Notes: generated by a model from the sequence alone, not told the origin. A stretch of 64,000 bases of DNA from Eledone cirrhosa (GCA_964016885.1 OZ024742.1:67828001-67892000); one strand, 5' to 3'. Positions 14,103 through 28,289 are shown, numbered from the stretch's first letter. Made by a program: numbers and translations.

Positions 14103-15030
14103 CATACAAGCTGAAAAGAGATGAAAGAGAAAATCAAACATTTGTATGGGAAGAGAGTAAATAAGAGAGTATGAAAGTTTAGATTTTGTATTCTAATAGA
14201 GAGTTATTGAATAACAAGTAAAAATGATATTCCAGATGAAAATATCTCAAATGAAAGGGAAAAGGAGCGGGATAAAGAAACGAAAGTTATTATTCAAAGC
14301 AAAAAAGTGACGAAGATAGGAGGGTTTTTCCTAATAACAAAGGAAACATTTTGATACTATTTGTTTTAAATACGGTTGGGTAGACGGTTTTGCTGATGAG
14401 GTCTTAAAATGCCGACACACGTTACCGTACTATTATGTATCAGATTCAATCCATACTAAATTTAATTGAATAATTGTTTGCAGTAGCTTTCCCCGCAATA
14501 AAATGTCATTAGAGAATCAGATTAAATACGATGGAAAATTCTTCTGTATTTCTGCGACCTGAGTTCAAATCCCGTCTGGATAAAGTTTTCAGGTATCATT
14601 TCATAGTCACTAAATAAAGTATGAATGAATGGATTTTTGCAAAAATTGTTCTGGTTCTATGACGGCTGATTTCAAATCCCGCCTCTGTTCAATGGATAAG
14701 CAATGACATGTCTGCCAGGGGTGGCAGCCAGCAGATAGTATCAGCAACATAATGATCATTCGAAATATAGTCTCTTTTCTATGATTTAAAGTTAGGCTTC
14801 TTTTTTATCAACTGCTTTTCGATGATTAACCCTAACCATTCTCCGGGGAAACGCCTTCTCCATTCAGTCCGCCGGGGCTGTGGGGCAATACAGAGAGATG
14901 GGGATGGAGAGGGAGATGGAGGCAATGACAGTGGGAGTTCGGTTCTTCCGTGTTCGGACACATTGCACCTGTCATGTGAATCATGTGATATTTTTCTACA
15001 TTCACGCAAGCAAAGTCAGCCAATTTAATA

Positions 15031-15153
15031 ATTGTTTCTACTTTGGGCACAAGGCCGGCAATTACCCAGTGCATTACTGGTACTTTATTTTATCGACCCC
15101 GTAAGGATGAAAGGCAAAGTCAACCTCGGCGGGATTTGAACTCAGATCGTAAA
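15031..15153 (-). mobile_element. SINE, 5'-truncated
   Basis: Matches the 3' two-thirds of the SINE at 4081. Confidence 0.85.
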
Positions 15154-15693
15154 GGCTCTAGCTATGTCTTGGTCTGACGCACATGCTCGCAGTTTTGCAG
15201 GGTCAACCAAACACACACCCACACACACATGCGCATACACGCAGATGTCTCTTCGTACATATATGTGTGTGTGTGTGTATGTGTGTGTTTGTGTGCGTGT
15301 GAGTATGTGTGTATATGTGACCATGTGCATACAACACACATCAATACACACACTCAGACATATACAATCTTACAAATATTATTATACCGTATACACACAA
15401 GAGTACATAAAACAACTCTCATGAGGACATATATATTGTTACAGAAGATTAATACATAAACTATCGATCATAGAGTTTCTTTGAAAACTTATTATATTGA
15501 TGACTATAAGTAATCCGATTATGTCTGACATCTTATCTCAGAACAAATCCGATCGGGACACAATTTTCCTCCTACGTTTCAGCCGTGCTCAATCGTGGAC
15601 ACTTAAAATTGCTGTGCATGTGCATATATGAATATCGGTATTTATTGATGTACATATTTATATATGCATGTTTGTATATGCTTTACGCAAGGG

Positions 15694-15822
15694 ACCTGAA
15701 TAAGTAAGGTACTCAATACATTAGTAGAGTGTAAACATCAGATTTAATATAGAAATGGCTTCTACAAGACTAGAACTGTTTCATTCGAAGGAAATCATGA
15801 ATGAAACAGTTCCATATTAAAT
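15694..15822 (-). mobile_element. pLTR fragment with partial HHR and short fold-back
   Basis: Homologous to 31355-31455; gaactgtttcattc ... gaatgaaacagttc. Confidence 0.6.
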
Positions 15823-15900
15823 TATATATATATATATATAGATATATATATATATATATGTGTGTGTGTGTATGTGTGTATGTATATATATATATATATA

Positions 15901-16359
15901 TATATTTGAAAAAAGAAAAGAATGACTTCACTTGTAGTACTAAACAATTTGATTTAATTTTATAATATTATAACATTATGAGTTGCTTTGGCGCATAGAG
16001 TTACGGCCCTTGCCATTCTGAGTTCAAATCCCGCCGAGGTTAACTTTGCTTTTCATCCTTACGGGGTCGATAAAATAAAGTACCAGTAATACACTGGGTA
16101 ATTGCTGGCCTTGTACCTAACGTAGAAACAATTATGAGTTGCTACATCTAGTAAGTTGTTTGTTAACTTCGATGGGAAGATTTTTAAAGATTCATTGTTA
16201 ACTTTGCTAGAGAACTTTCTTGCATTCGTCTCTGGCGATTGTCAAACTTAGATCAGTTAACAAAGAACTTACTAGATCTACCAACTCATAATATTATAAA
16301 ATTAAATCAAATTGTTTAGATCTACACGTGAAGTCATTATTTTCCTTTTTTCAAATATA
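15901..16359. mobile_element. Fold-back (MITE-like) element interrupted by a SINE
   Basis: Left arm 15901-15987 plus 16144-16168 is reverse-complementary to ~16255-16359; lies between (TA)n tracts. Confidence 0.7.
15988..16130 (+). mobile_element. SINE, 5'-truncated, with 13 bp TSD
   Basis: B box gagttcaaatcc; attatgagttgct duplicated at 15975-15987 and 16131-16143. Confidence 0.88.
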
Positions 16360-16399
16360 CCTAACTGTACCAAGGATTTCACACATTATCTAATGTATA

Positions 16400-16442
<43 letters not shown>

Positions 16443-16841
16443 CTGCTCTGTAATACATCTGATAATTTACATTGAGCTATTTCTCTTAATGGTAAGCGGG
16501 TTGTGCAGCATACTACCCTTTCATATTTATAATTATATATAACTCATATATAAGTATAAATACTATTATTAGTATATATATATATATATATATATAGTTA
16601 TATTTGTGTGTGGAGAGGGTCATAATGTTATAATATTGCCAGAAATAATAGTAAAAGACACTCATTGTTTCGTTTGGATTGGTTTTTCGCTTCTGTATAT
16701 TTTATATCCCTACAGTTAATTTAGCTGGTAATCGATGTTTTTCATTGGTTTACCAACAGTTAAAAATACAGATATAAACATATATATATATATAGTCTAT
16801 CAAAGTTCTTTCATCACATACCTCTCGCATCTTGTTTTCTG

Positions 16842-16912
<71 letters not shown>

Positions 16913-17643
16913 TGTGTGTGTGTCTATGTGTGCGTGTGTGTCTGTGTGTGCGTGCGTGTGTATGTGTGCACGTGTGTGCGCAGACAATTAGGATGTTTAT
17001 TCGTGAAGGTCATGTTGTAATGACGACGATGATAATCCGATTTTAGCAGTTTAAAAGTACTCTAGTCAGTCGTATATCTCCAGCATTATTGGTGGAGATT
17101 AAGTGTCAAGGAGTTTCCATTTACGAAATAATGTTCAAACAGAGGTCGTTTACATCATTGTTTCATTGAATTATACGTATTTCTATGAGGGACATCTGAT
17201 GCTAAAATAATTATGAGGTTATTAACCACCATTTCAATGTAATGCGTATAATGCAATGAAACCATTATGTAAATGTCTGTCTTAACATTAATTCTTGTAT
17301 ATATATATATATATACGGGTTTGGGCATAAGGTTGGAAGCAAATAATAATGCTATTAATAAAAGAAAATACTAACTTTATTGACCAGCAACATATGTGTA
17401 ATTATACATAAATGTCTTTAGAATATAATGTATAATGTTTATTCGAAATGGCCCTCTCAGATTACCCGCCCCTGCTTCAGGTGGAATCCACCTGATGGTT
17501 CTAGTCATCAACTTCCAAACCTCATAGCTAAAGGCTTACAAATATGTATTCGTAAACATACCATATATCGCTAGACATACAAATACATATACTTATAAGT
17601 ATACAGCTATGTCGGAGCAAACACCTTCACTATATATATCTGT

Positions 17644-18660
17644 AACTCGCTAGGACAGATTATTTTCCGAAGTGGCCCCCGCCAAACACGAATTCAAAAT
17701 GGTTGAGAACTGTGACGTGACAGTGGTCAAGCCAATCCTGGTATGTATATAAGCATTTTTACCTTTAATTTGTACCTAATTGTGTATGCTGATTGGGAGT
17801 AGAGATGATGTATATATATTATCAAATAATTCTCTGGACATGCTTTACTCTATAGTATTTTGCTCTGATTATTTAATTTATTAATTCTTCATTGAGCCAC
17901 ATCGTGAATAGTTGCCAAAAAACATATATACCTGTGACTTTGTTTAATTGGTGTATCTGTAAATATTTATATTTATTAATCTCCCATAAGGTTGAGATAC
18001 AATTTGGGCGATATTGGGTTGCGCTTTCTAGCAACCAACCCACTCGCCGTAAGCAACCAATCTCACCCATCCTGACTTGACCACTGCCACGTCAAAGTTC
18101 TCAACCATTTTGAATTCGTGTTTGGCGGGGGCCACTTCAGAAAGTAATCTGTCCTAGCGAGTTTGTCCCCTGAAGAGCTCTAAACTCGAGATTTATCCTT
18201 AATAAGATATCTCAAAATGTGAGCGAAACCCATGGGTCTGGATTTAATGATTTAATCCTGGTATGTATATAATCATTTCTAACTTTAATTTTTACCTAAT
18301 TATGTATGGTTGACCGTATATTTAATTAATTTCCACGTGCTGTTGAGATGTTGGGTAAATATTCTATAGCGGTTGGACGCGAAGACGCTGCTGTGGCGTA
18401 TTTATTTACTGTTTCTTCATAGGTGCCTTTTATTCTTATAGCCTGGTCTAATTGATTTTTTGTGTGGTTAATTAAGCTGATTGGGAGTAGAGATGATGTA
18501 TATATATTATCAAATAATTCTTTGGACATGCTTTACTCTATAGTATTTTGCTCTGATTATTTAATTTATTAATTCTTTATTGAGCCACATCGTGAATGGT
18601 TGCCAAAACACATATATACCTGTGACTTTGTTTAATTGGTGTATGTGTAAATATTTATAT
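17644..18660 (+). mobile_element. Retrozyme/pLTR-like non-coding element: partial tandem unit with HHR and inverted 5' piece
   Basis: Direct repeat 17734-17972 / 18254-18660; inverted repeat 17644-17730 / 18077-18163. Confidence 0.8.
18166..18242 (+). ncRNA. Type I hammerhead ribozyme with extended stem II and palindromic stem III
   Basis: tccc-CTGAAGA-gctc(40 nt)gagc-GAAA-cccatggg-TC-tgga; ACCCATGGGT is palindromic. Confidence 0.8.
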
Positions 18661-18679
18661 TATATATATATATATATAT

Positions 18680-18742
<63 letters not shown>

Positions 18743-19316
18743 GTCGAATGATACTTACAACACATAACTGCAGCACGATTAATAACACTAACGCATCCAT
18801 TACTACTATCAACAGATGTATCTTTACTATCATAAACGATAAAATCCTGCTATCATTAAAAATGTCACTACTGCAAGGATCCCCATCACGAAGCTAATCC
18901 TACTATGTCCCGTTATGGCTCGTAGCCTTTGTTAAAGAAGCCAATCGTAGTATGTCGATATGTGAGCCCCATTTTGATCGGTAAACTTGCTATAAGAATC
19001 GGTAAACTTGCTATAAAGCAGCTTAATGTCCCTCAAATGAATCATTAAATCTGTACAAAGGAAACGAAGAAATGGTTGGTGTGTGAATGCCTTTGATAGA
19101 GTAATAAAGCCAACAATCTCCTGAGAACTAACCCTGCAGCACGTGCAAAGATCTGGCAGATGTTGACAAAACACAGCAATATACCAAATCATAACATGAG
19201 AGAAAGGCATCACCTTATTAATTAATACAGCCAAATATCAACAATATATATCTGCACTCAAATGAAAATATTATCACAATACGAGAGCCCTCGACAGTAT
19301 GCTATATCAATACAAA

Positions 19317-19497
19317 GGCGGGGGATTGGCAGTGTAGGTAGAGGGTCGGACGCCATGCTCTGCAGCAAAGAGTTACGGCCCTTATGGTCTGAGTTCAAAT
19401 CTCACCGAGGCTAACTTTGCCTTTCATCCTTACGGGGTCGACAAAATAAAGTACCACTGGGATAATTGGTGGCCATGTGCCTAAAAGTAGAAACAAT
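19317..19497 (+). mobile_element. Full-length SINE with 15 bp TSD
   Basis: A and B boxes present; tatatcaatacaaag at 19303-19317 and 19498-19512. Confidence 0.9.
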
Positions 19498-20304
19498 TAT
19501 ATCAATACAAAGTCCTCTATATATCATAAATTACTGCCACCACACAACTACAGCCATGTATTAGATACATTTATGACGACCATATTTCTGCAGCAATCAG
19601 CACCACCACACTACAAACTCAATATACTCACAGCTATATCTTCTGTACTAGCTTAAAAAACGTCCATACATCTGGGAAGGTAAGAGGGATTTAATTCCTG
19701 CCCAAATTTTATAGCACCTCGGTCCAAACTCATATATATCTGCACCAAAAGCGACATGTCATCTATTCATATACATTCATCAGTTCGTTCATTCACTTAT
19801 TATAGCAATGTATTATCAATCCAAGCTTCTAATATGATTATCTAATATTTACTTTCTTCTGAATACGTTTCAAATACGATCCAGTGTTCACTGCCATATT
19901 TTCCGTATCAAACCTGACGTGAAATTTATAAGGCACAAGATACAAATAATACAAAAAACAAACAAAAGTGGAGTAAGGAAGTAAGAAAACAATTTAAAAT
20001 GATTTTTAAATGTTCTAATCGTAATATTATCGCGAATATTATAATTGCTTTAAGCTGGCATGTCGGATGAATTTGTAAATAGGATCAAATATACCCTTAA
20101 TTGTATTATTTTAGGCTATTCAAATTGGATAACCATCTTAAACATACATTTCTATTCGTTTCTAATGGCAGCCATACATCTCCCACCCAAATTGACGTTC
20201 TGTGAATGAAAGCGGCATCAGAGTATCATCATCATCAACATCATCATCAACATCAGTAACATCATCATCAACAGCAGCAGCTGTATTATTATTATTATTA
20301 TTAT

Positions 20305-20373
<69 letters not shown>

Positions 20374-20470
20374 GGCGCAATTGGTGAAGAAGGTGATATT
20401 GATGATAGAATATTCATTTTATGTAGAAAGAAGGAATATGTGTGTATGAAAGAAGGTATGTGTGTGTGTA

Positions 20471-20516
<46 letters not shown>

Positions 20517-20690
20517 TACACACACACACATATATATATATAATGAGTTGTGAGGCAGGTTTCGCGTCATTCTATCATTACCTTATCAGAAGTCCGATGA
20601 GCTTTTGATTCCAGAACGGACCAGACGTTAGTGAATGCACACACTGCTGAACCTACAGTGACTGGACGTTACAATCTCTCTCTCTCTCTA

Positions 20691-20743
<53 letters not shown>

Positions 20744-20901
20744 GGGGGGGGGGGTAGAGAATAAAAAAGGCGAAATAGTTTTAGATGTTAAAGTCCTTTA
20801 TTGATAAGGCTGTATTTCTGTGGAAAAGGTAATGGAAAGAAGAGTGTTCTATGTATAGTAGAGAGGTATTTAGTTATGTAATAAACAACACAATTGAATT
20901 A

Positions 20902-20970
20902 TCCATTACCCTAGGTTTCACGGCGTCAAACGATTCTAACAGACACATCTGAATCCGTTCATCAGATAGA
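20902..20970 (-). ncRNA. Type I hammerhead ribozyme, canonical core
   Basis: tctat-CTGATGA-acgg(31 nt)ccgt-GAAA-cctagg-GTA-atgga. Confidence 0.8.
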
Positions 20971-21011
20971 ATCTTTATTTGGATAGATATATATTGTGTT
21001 GTTTATTACAT

Positions 21012-21122
<111 letters not shown>

Positions 21123-21191
21123 TATTATCGTTCTTGTTTCCTAAAAACAAAAATTTTACATGAATGTATTTATGTATGTATATATGTATAA

Positions 21192-21244
<53 letters not shown>

Positions 21245-21247
<3 letters not shown>

Positions 21248-21303
21248 CGAAGAAATTAGCCGTCGCAACGGCTTGAGCTCAGCCGTCGGGGTCCTACTCG
21301 TTC

Positions 21304-21306
<3 letters not shown>
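21245..21306. mobile_element. Fragment of the (TA)n-embedded taacgaagg family
   Basis: Shares aattagccgtcg-aacggcttgagctc-gccgtcggggtc with 47365-47418. Confidence 0.75.
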
Positions 21307-21332
<26 letters not shown>

Positions 21333-21337
<5 letters not shown>

Positions 21338-23030
21338 ATATTAAATAAATGGAAACTGTATTTATAAGACCATATTTATTTTATTATATATATTTCAAGG
21401 GCAACCAAGACAACATTGGTACGCTTTCGTCAGATAAAATACAAAGTTTGTTTTATTATTATAAATAGAGACGTACCCATGAAAATCATACCTTATCTGT
21501 TGGAAATTCACTGGATCGTGGAAATATATTAGGGATTATTCAAACGTATGTGTGAATATGCAAATGAATATGTAAATAATTGAAAAACAACCGTTTATTT
21601 AAATGACACTGGAGAAAGAGAGCGAAAAAATCTAAAAATATTACGAGAGAGATGGAGAGAAGAAATTAACAAGAGGATGAATAGAACTCATGTATGGAGG
21701 AATATATTTTAAGTATATATCTACAAATGATACGTGTATTTACGATTAATCAGTTGTTACAATTCTTTTCTAATATAATATTTACTGTTATAAGTAGATA
21801 GAAAAATAAATAGAAAAATAATCAATAAAACAATAAATAGATAAATAAATGGCTAGATGGGTATATCGTGTTATAGATAAATGTTTTAATGAGGTATGAG
21901 GGATATTGGTATATATTTAATGTAAGAAAAATATTAAGTTCAATTAAATTAAGTTAACTGAGTTAATAAGAATATTTATATATTTATATTTAAAAATGGG
22001 AAGATACGGAAATAACGGAAAAAACTCCACTTTTGTTTATTTATTCGTTAGTATGAGACTATTTTGTCAAAATAAGTATAAATGTTAAAGATATAAATGT
22101 TGAAAGATATATTTAGCCTGAATTAGTTAGTGGTTATAAATCTAATAAAAGATATTAAAAAATGTTATTAAAAAATATTAAAAATTCGGGAAAATCTTTT
22201 TAAAAATAATAAAAAATAATATATAAGATATAAGTAATTTTTTTTTAAATAATTAATTTTTAAAAATGTATAACAAATTTAAGAAATAAAAAATAAAAAA
22301 TAAAGAATTAAAAAATATTAAAATTAAAATTAAAAATTAAAATGTAAAAATTAGGATCGTATATGTATATGTTTTAAGAAACTTTAAGAAGTGAAATTAT
22401 TGCAAATATTATACATATGATTTAGAGATAACAATATATTAAAACAGAGTGGATAAGATTGTTATGGAAATAAGTGGAAATATTATAAGTGTAATTATAA
22501 TTCATATATAGTTCTAAACGTTGAATTTAGGCGATGTCTACAGGAACTAAATAAATTCGTCCTTATATTAATAGAGTTCTTACATTTAAGTATGAAGAAA
22601 ATTTCCTCAACACACAATTTGCAAAATCTAGATAAAGCTGTGTTTCAGTAGGCGGGTGCTTAGAAATTATTTCCCAAGTTAAAGAATAGTCCATATTTTT
22701 GCATTTTAAGTTCCATGTCAGGTTTGAAAGAGTAGTTGAAGATTTTTTATCAAGTGTTTGGAAAGAGCATTTGTTATTATTCCAACGACTTTTAAATTCT
22801 GTAGAAGTTGCACCTACATAGTTAATTACATTATCACTGCTTTTGACTGTACATTTATAGACCGCGTCCTTATCTAAACACTTATTTTTTAAAGGACAGT
22901 TTAATTTAATTCTACAGTTACATTTTGCGGAGTTGATGTTATTCGGAACGGTACTATTATGTTGGATATTGCTAGAGATATTACTGCTACTTTGGTTATG
23001 GTATAAATTTGTATTTATATGTTGACAAAT
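21333..23030 (-). mobile_element. 5'-truncated Penelope-like element (GIY-YIG remnant, AT-rich 3' UTR)
   Basis: GIY-YIG ORF remnant; terminal caatgatattaaataaatggaaact segment also found at 39107-39174; ends in (TA)n. Confidence 0.7.
22530..23030 (-). pseudogene. GIY-YIG endonuclease domain (Penelope-like)
   Basis: CNCRIKLNCPLKNKC..VYKCTV..YVGATSTEFKSRW..TTLS..W..WEII; frameshifted C-terminus. Confidence 0.88.
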
Positions 23031-24212
23031 GCCCAAAACTACTAGTTGGTACCATCAATGTAAGCACAATGAAAGGAAGACCAGGAGAAAACGTAGAGAT
23101 GCTAGAGCGAAAGATAATTGATGTATGCTGTGTGCAAGAGACTAGATGGAGAGGAGAGTCTGCTAGAGTCTTTGTAGGAAAAGTCAGTGCTACAAATTTT
23201 TCTGGGTGGGCAATGACGATGGGATGGGTGATGTAGGTATACTACTAGCTGACAAGTGGGTAGATAATGTAATCTCATTGTACAGGGTAAATGCAAAAAT
23301 CATTAAACTCAGACTAGTCCTGAATAAAAAAAATACGACAATAAATGCAGCTTGCGCCCCCCCCCCCCTATCGGGGTTGCCAGACGAACTTAAGGATATG
23401 TTTTACGAGTCCCTAATGCACACTACTGCTCTAACAAACGACAATGACTTCCTAATCATCGCAGGAGATTTTAACGGACACGTAGATAAACACTGTGACG
23501 GCTTCAATAGAGACCATCGAGGCCATGGGGTTGGCACAAGAAATGAAGAAGGATTCAGACTTCTAGAATTCTGCGACGCCAATGACATGTCAATATGTAA
23601 CAGAAACTTCAAAAAACCCGACAACCACCTGATCACCTATAGATCAGGGAAGAATTCTAGTCAGATAGATTTTATCCTCATCAGAGGACGTGACAGATGG
23701 AAGGTCGTAAACACAAAAGCCTTCCCTAGTGAGGAATGTAACTCCCAACATAACTTAGTTGTCAGCGACCTCACGGTCAAAACTAGACAAACCAGGAAAC
23801 AGAGGCCAACCTGGAGAAGAAAGATCTGGAAGCTGAAAGACCCCTGGGCTAGTAACAGATTTAAAGATATTTTACTCAACGCCTACGACAGTAAAGAAGA
23901 ACAGATAGAGACATTCAATGTAGAAGAGCACTGGGAGTTCCTAAAAAATAACTTACTAGAGGCGACGGATGAGATCTGTGACTGGAGTAAAACCACAAGC
24001 AGGAGTAGAGTGACTTGGTGGTGGAACAATAAGGTAGATGAGGCAGTTAAGGCCAAGAGACAGGCATGGAAAGAATGGCACGGGGGAAGAAGGGTACATT
24101 ACATAGAGACCAAGAGGGAAGCTAGGCGACAAGTATACTTAGCTAGGAGGGAAGCAGAGGATAGAAAATTCAAGCATGTTTTTCAACGAGAGGACCAGAA
24201 ACAGGAGGTGTT
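23030..24212 (+). pseudogene. RTE-clade LINE fragment: APE endonuclease and linker
   Basis: GTINVSTMKG, DVCCVQETRW, IAGDFNGHV, SQIDFIL, SQHNLV, TWWWN motifs; frameshift near 23190; truncated before RT. Confidence 0.88.
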
Positions 24213-24314
24213 CGTTTATTATAATGCCCGGTATGTTTGTAAACAAACATCCCGAATTAAGCCGTACAGTGTCTAGCAACCATCTTTGCTCATTTGTTCA
24301 ACACTGACAAAGGA

Positions 24315-24357
24315 ACGCTGTACTAGTTTCAAGCTTATTAACTATCGTCAGCAACGT
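24315..24357 (-). ncRNA. Minimal type I hammerhead ribozyme
   Basis: acgttg-CTGACGA-tagttaataagctt-GAAA-ctag-TA-cagcgt; ACTAGT palindromic stem III. Confidence 0.85.
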
Positions 24358-24623
24358 ATACGTACATATATATATGTGTGCATGTATGTATATATATATA
24401 TACATACTACTGTACGTCTGTATACATATATGTATGTACGTATACATTTAAGTAACAGCCGTACTAAGAGTGAGAAATTAAATTTCGTTTCATTTTTTCC
24501 GTTTATCGTTTTCGGTACCCCGGCTGATTAACTCACTCGATATGCAAATTAGGCTGCTCAGCCGTTAATATGCATAAGGAAAGTATATACTTTCAGACGT
24601 TCAATCATCTGGCAGGAAGGTAT

Positions 24624-24666
24624 ACGTTGCTGACGATAGCTAATAAGCTTGAAACAAGTACAGCGT
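24624..24666 (+). ncRNA. Minimal type I hammerhead ribozyme
   Basis: acgttg-CTGACGA-tagctaataagctt-GAAA-caag-TA-cagcgt. Confidence 0.85.
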
Positions 24667-24878
24667 TCCTTTGTCAGTGTTGAACAAATAAGCAACGATG
24701 GTTGCTAGACACTGTACGGCTTAATTCGGGATGTTTGTTTACAAACACACCGAGCATTATAATAAATGTTCGGTAAATCCATACGTACATATATATATAT
24801 ATGTGCATGTATGTATATAAATATATATATACATACCACTGTCGGTCTGTATACATATATGTATGTACGTATACATAG

Positions 24879-24939
<61 letters not shown>

Positions 24940-25369
24940 CATACATAAATACATTGATGTAAAATGTTTCGTTTTAGAAAGCAAGGTCGATAATAATTTC
25001 TTCGATGCTATGATTACGTGGATGTCCCCCATCTCTCAGTTCTTTTCCACTGGCTTTGATATGCTAAATGCATGTGTTCCCTATCATATGTCTTCAGATT
25101 TAACACAGATTGCATGGATTCTTCACATATAGAGTTGTTAATACTGCCACCACAGCAAGATAAATATTATTAACTCGCGTTATTGGTAGTACCGCCTCCG
25201 AGTCTACTTCCATCTACAGCGTCGCCTTCACACATCAATATCACCACTATCACCCTACATTTTGCGATCAACCTAACTGCAACCCTCACGAGCACAAGAA
25301 TCTTCGATATACACAAATACACTATAAGTAGGCATCTCATCTCAGAAGCATATACGTCTATAATAATAA

Positions 25370-26479
25370 TTCTTTCTACTTTTAGCACAAAGCCAGCAAA
25401 TACCCAGTACATTACTGGTACTTTATTTTATCGACCCCGTAAGGATGAAAGGAAAAGTTAACCTCGGCGGGATTTGAACTCAGATATAAAGGGACATAAC
25501 TATGCTAGAAAGAATGGCGCCTGACTCTCTACCGATACTGCCAATTCACCGCCCAATTCACCGCCCAGAAATAATTGTTTCTAATTTAGGCACAAGGCCA
25601 GCAAATACCCAGTGCATTACTAGTACTTTATTTTATCGACCCCGTAAGGATGAAAGGCAAAGTTAACCTCGGCGGGATTTGAACTCAGACTCTAAAGGGA
25701 CGTAACTATGCTAGACTATAATAATAATAATAATTGTTTCTACATTTAGCACAAGGCCAGCAATTATCTCAGTATATTACTGGTACTTTATTTTATCGAC
25801 CCCGTAAGGATGAAAGGCAAAGTTAACCTCGACGGGATTTGTACTCAGACTGTAAAGGGACGTAACTATGCTAGACTATAATAATTGTTTCTTCTTTAGG
25901 CACAAGGCCAGCAATTACCCAGTGCATTACTGGTACTTTATTTTATCGACCCCGTAAGGATGAAAGGCAAAGTCAACCTCGGCGGGATTTGAACTCAGAT
26001 CGTAAAGGGACGTAACTATGCTGGAAAGCATGGCGTCCGACCCTCTACCGATACTGCCGATCCACCGCTAGACTATAATAATAATAATTGTTTCTACTTT
26101 TAGCACAAGGCCAGCAATTATCCCAGTATATTACTGGTACTTTATTTTATCGAACCCGTAATGATGAAAGGCAAAGTTAACCTCGGCGGGATTTGAACTC
26201 AGATCATAAAGGGACATAACTATGCTAGAAAGAATGGCGCCTGACCCTCTACCGATACTGCCAATTCACCGCCCAATTCACCGCCCAGAAATAATTGTTT
26301 CTAATTTAGGCACAAGGCCAGCATATACCCAGTGCATTACTAGTACTTTATTTTATCGACCCCGTAAGGATGAAAGGCAAAGTCAACCTCGGCGGGATTT
26401 GAACTTAGATCGTAAAGGGACGTAACTATGCTGGAAAGCATGGCGTCCGACCCTCTACCGATACTGCCAATCCACCGCC
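25370..26479 (-). repeat. Tandem array of six SINE copies
   Basis: Units begin at about 25371, 25574, 25734, 25884, 26088 and 26294; units 2 and 3 lack the tRNA-head 5' end. Confidence 0.9.
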
Positions 26480-27549
26480 CAGAAATAATAATACAAGTCT
26501 ATAATAGTTAGTTTATACTTTTACCTTCGAATTCAAACAGAAAGCAATTCAAGTTATATTTGTTCGTCATAATGACAGCGGGTTGCACTGCCGACTTCAG
26601 TTCAAAATTTTCTGCACATGGCTCTGACATAACATCATGTCATGCATATAAAACATTTAGTACAAAATTGAAAATGGGCAAATTACGCATGTGCATTCTA
26701 ATCGTATGAACACGCTTCCATATCTTTGATTTTGCTGTTTTTCTAAGTAGATGCCAGTAGTAACTCACTTATGTTGTCCAATTTGCCGTTGTGGTGACGT
26801 TGAAAGTCACCACATAAAGGATGATGCTGCTATAAATGAACACATTTAAAAAATTATTCAAATAAAGGGAATAAGTGAACATGCACAATCAATGAACTAT
26901 ACTTGGCGTACAATAATGTAATAGAAAATTTAAATTATGTCTCACATTTCCCTACAGACTGGGATATAATCATTCAGAAAATCCGAATTGCGCTGCAATG
27001 TCCAATCTGTTTTATACCATCATGCTGTTATTTGTAACCTTATTAATTAATTAATCAGCAATTATATTCACAACATAGTATAAAGTCTATAATATGAAAC
27101 ATCATGTGAAAATTTAATGTTAGTTTAAGCTCATGTCTGTTTATTAATTATAAGCCACATCTCGAGAAGTAAACAAATGTAAACTCATTCTTCGTTTGGC
27201 ACCTGTGCCACACATATATTCATTTTGTTTAAATACCATAGAAAGTACTCCGTTTTATTTTACAATCCTCTCGATCTTCCATCGCATATAAGATAATACG
27301 GCTTATACCATATAATTCACTCTATCAAGAATACGTTATAAACACACACCGATTATTTTATTAAGCCTGTCACTACATTTTATCGAATATTGTATTGCAG
27401 TGTTTAGATCAAGCCATTTAATCTCCTGTATTCATTACCAGTATATATGTAGCTCACAATGATCCCTATATTATTTACAATCTGAAGAGTCTTACTCAAT
27501 AGAAGACACATGATACTATCAAATCATATAACCTATACATTTCAATCGA

Positions 27550-28289
<740 letters not shown>

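Larger units (their letters stand above)
24213..24876 (+). mobile_element. Candidate non-LTR retrozyme, ~420 bp circularly permuted unit with inverted 5' arm
   Basis: 24357-24447 repeats at 24781-24876 after the HHR; 24213-24357 is the reverse complement of 24624-24768. Confidence 0.75.

Noticed and set aside
14384-14428. CTGATGA-ggtc..gcc-GACA-cacgtt hammerhead-like string
   Set aside because: GAAA is mutated and stem I is out of register; at best a decayed relic
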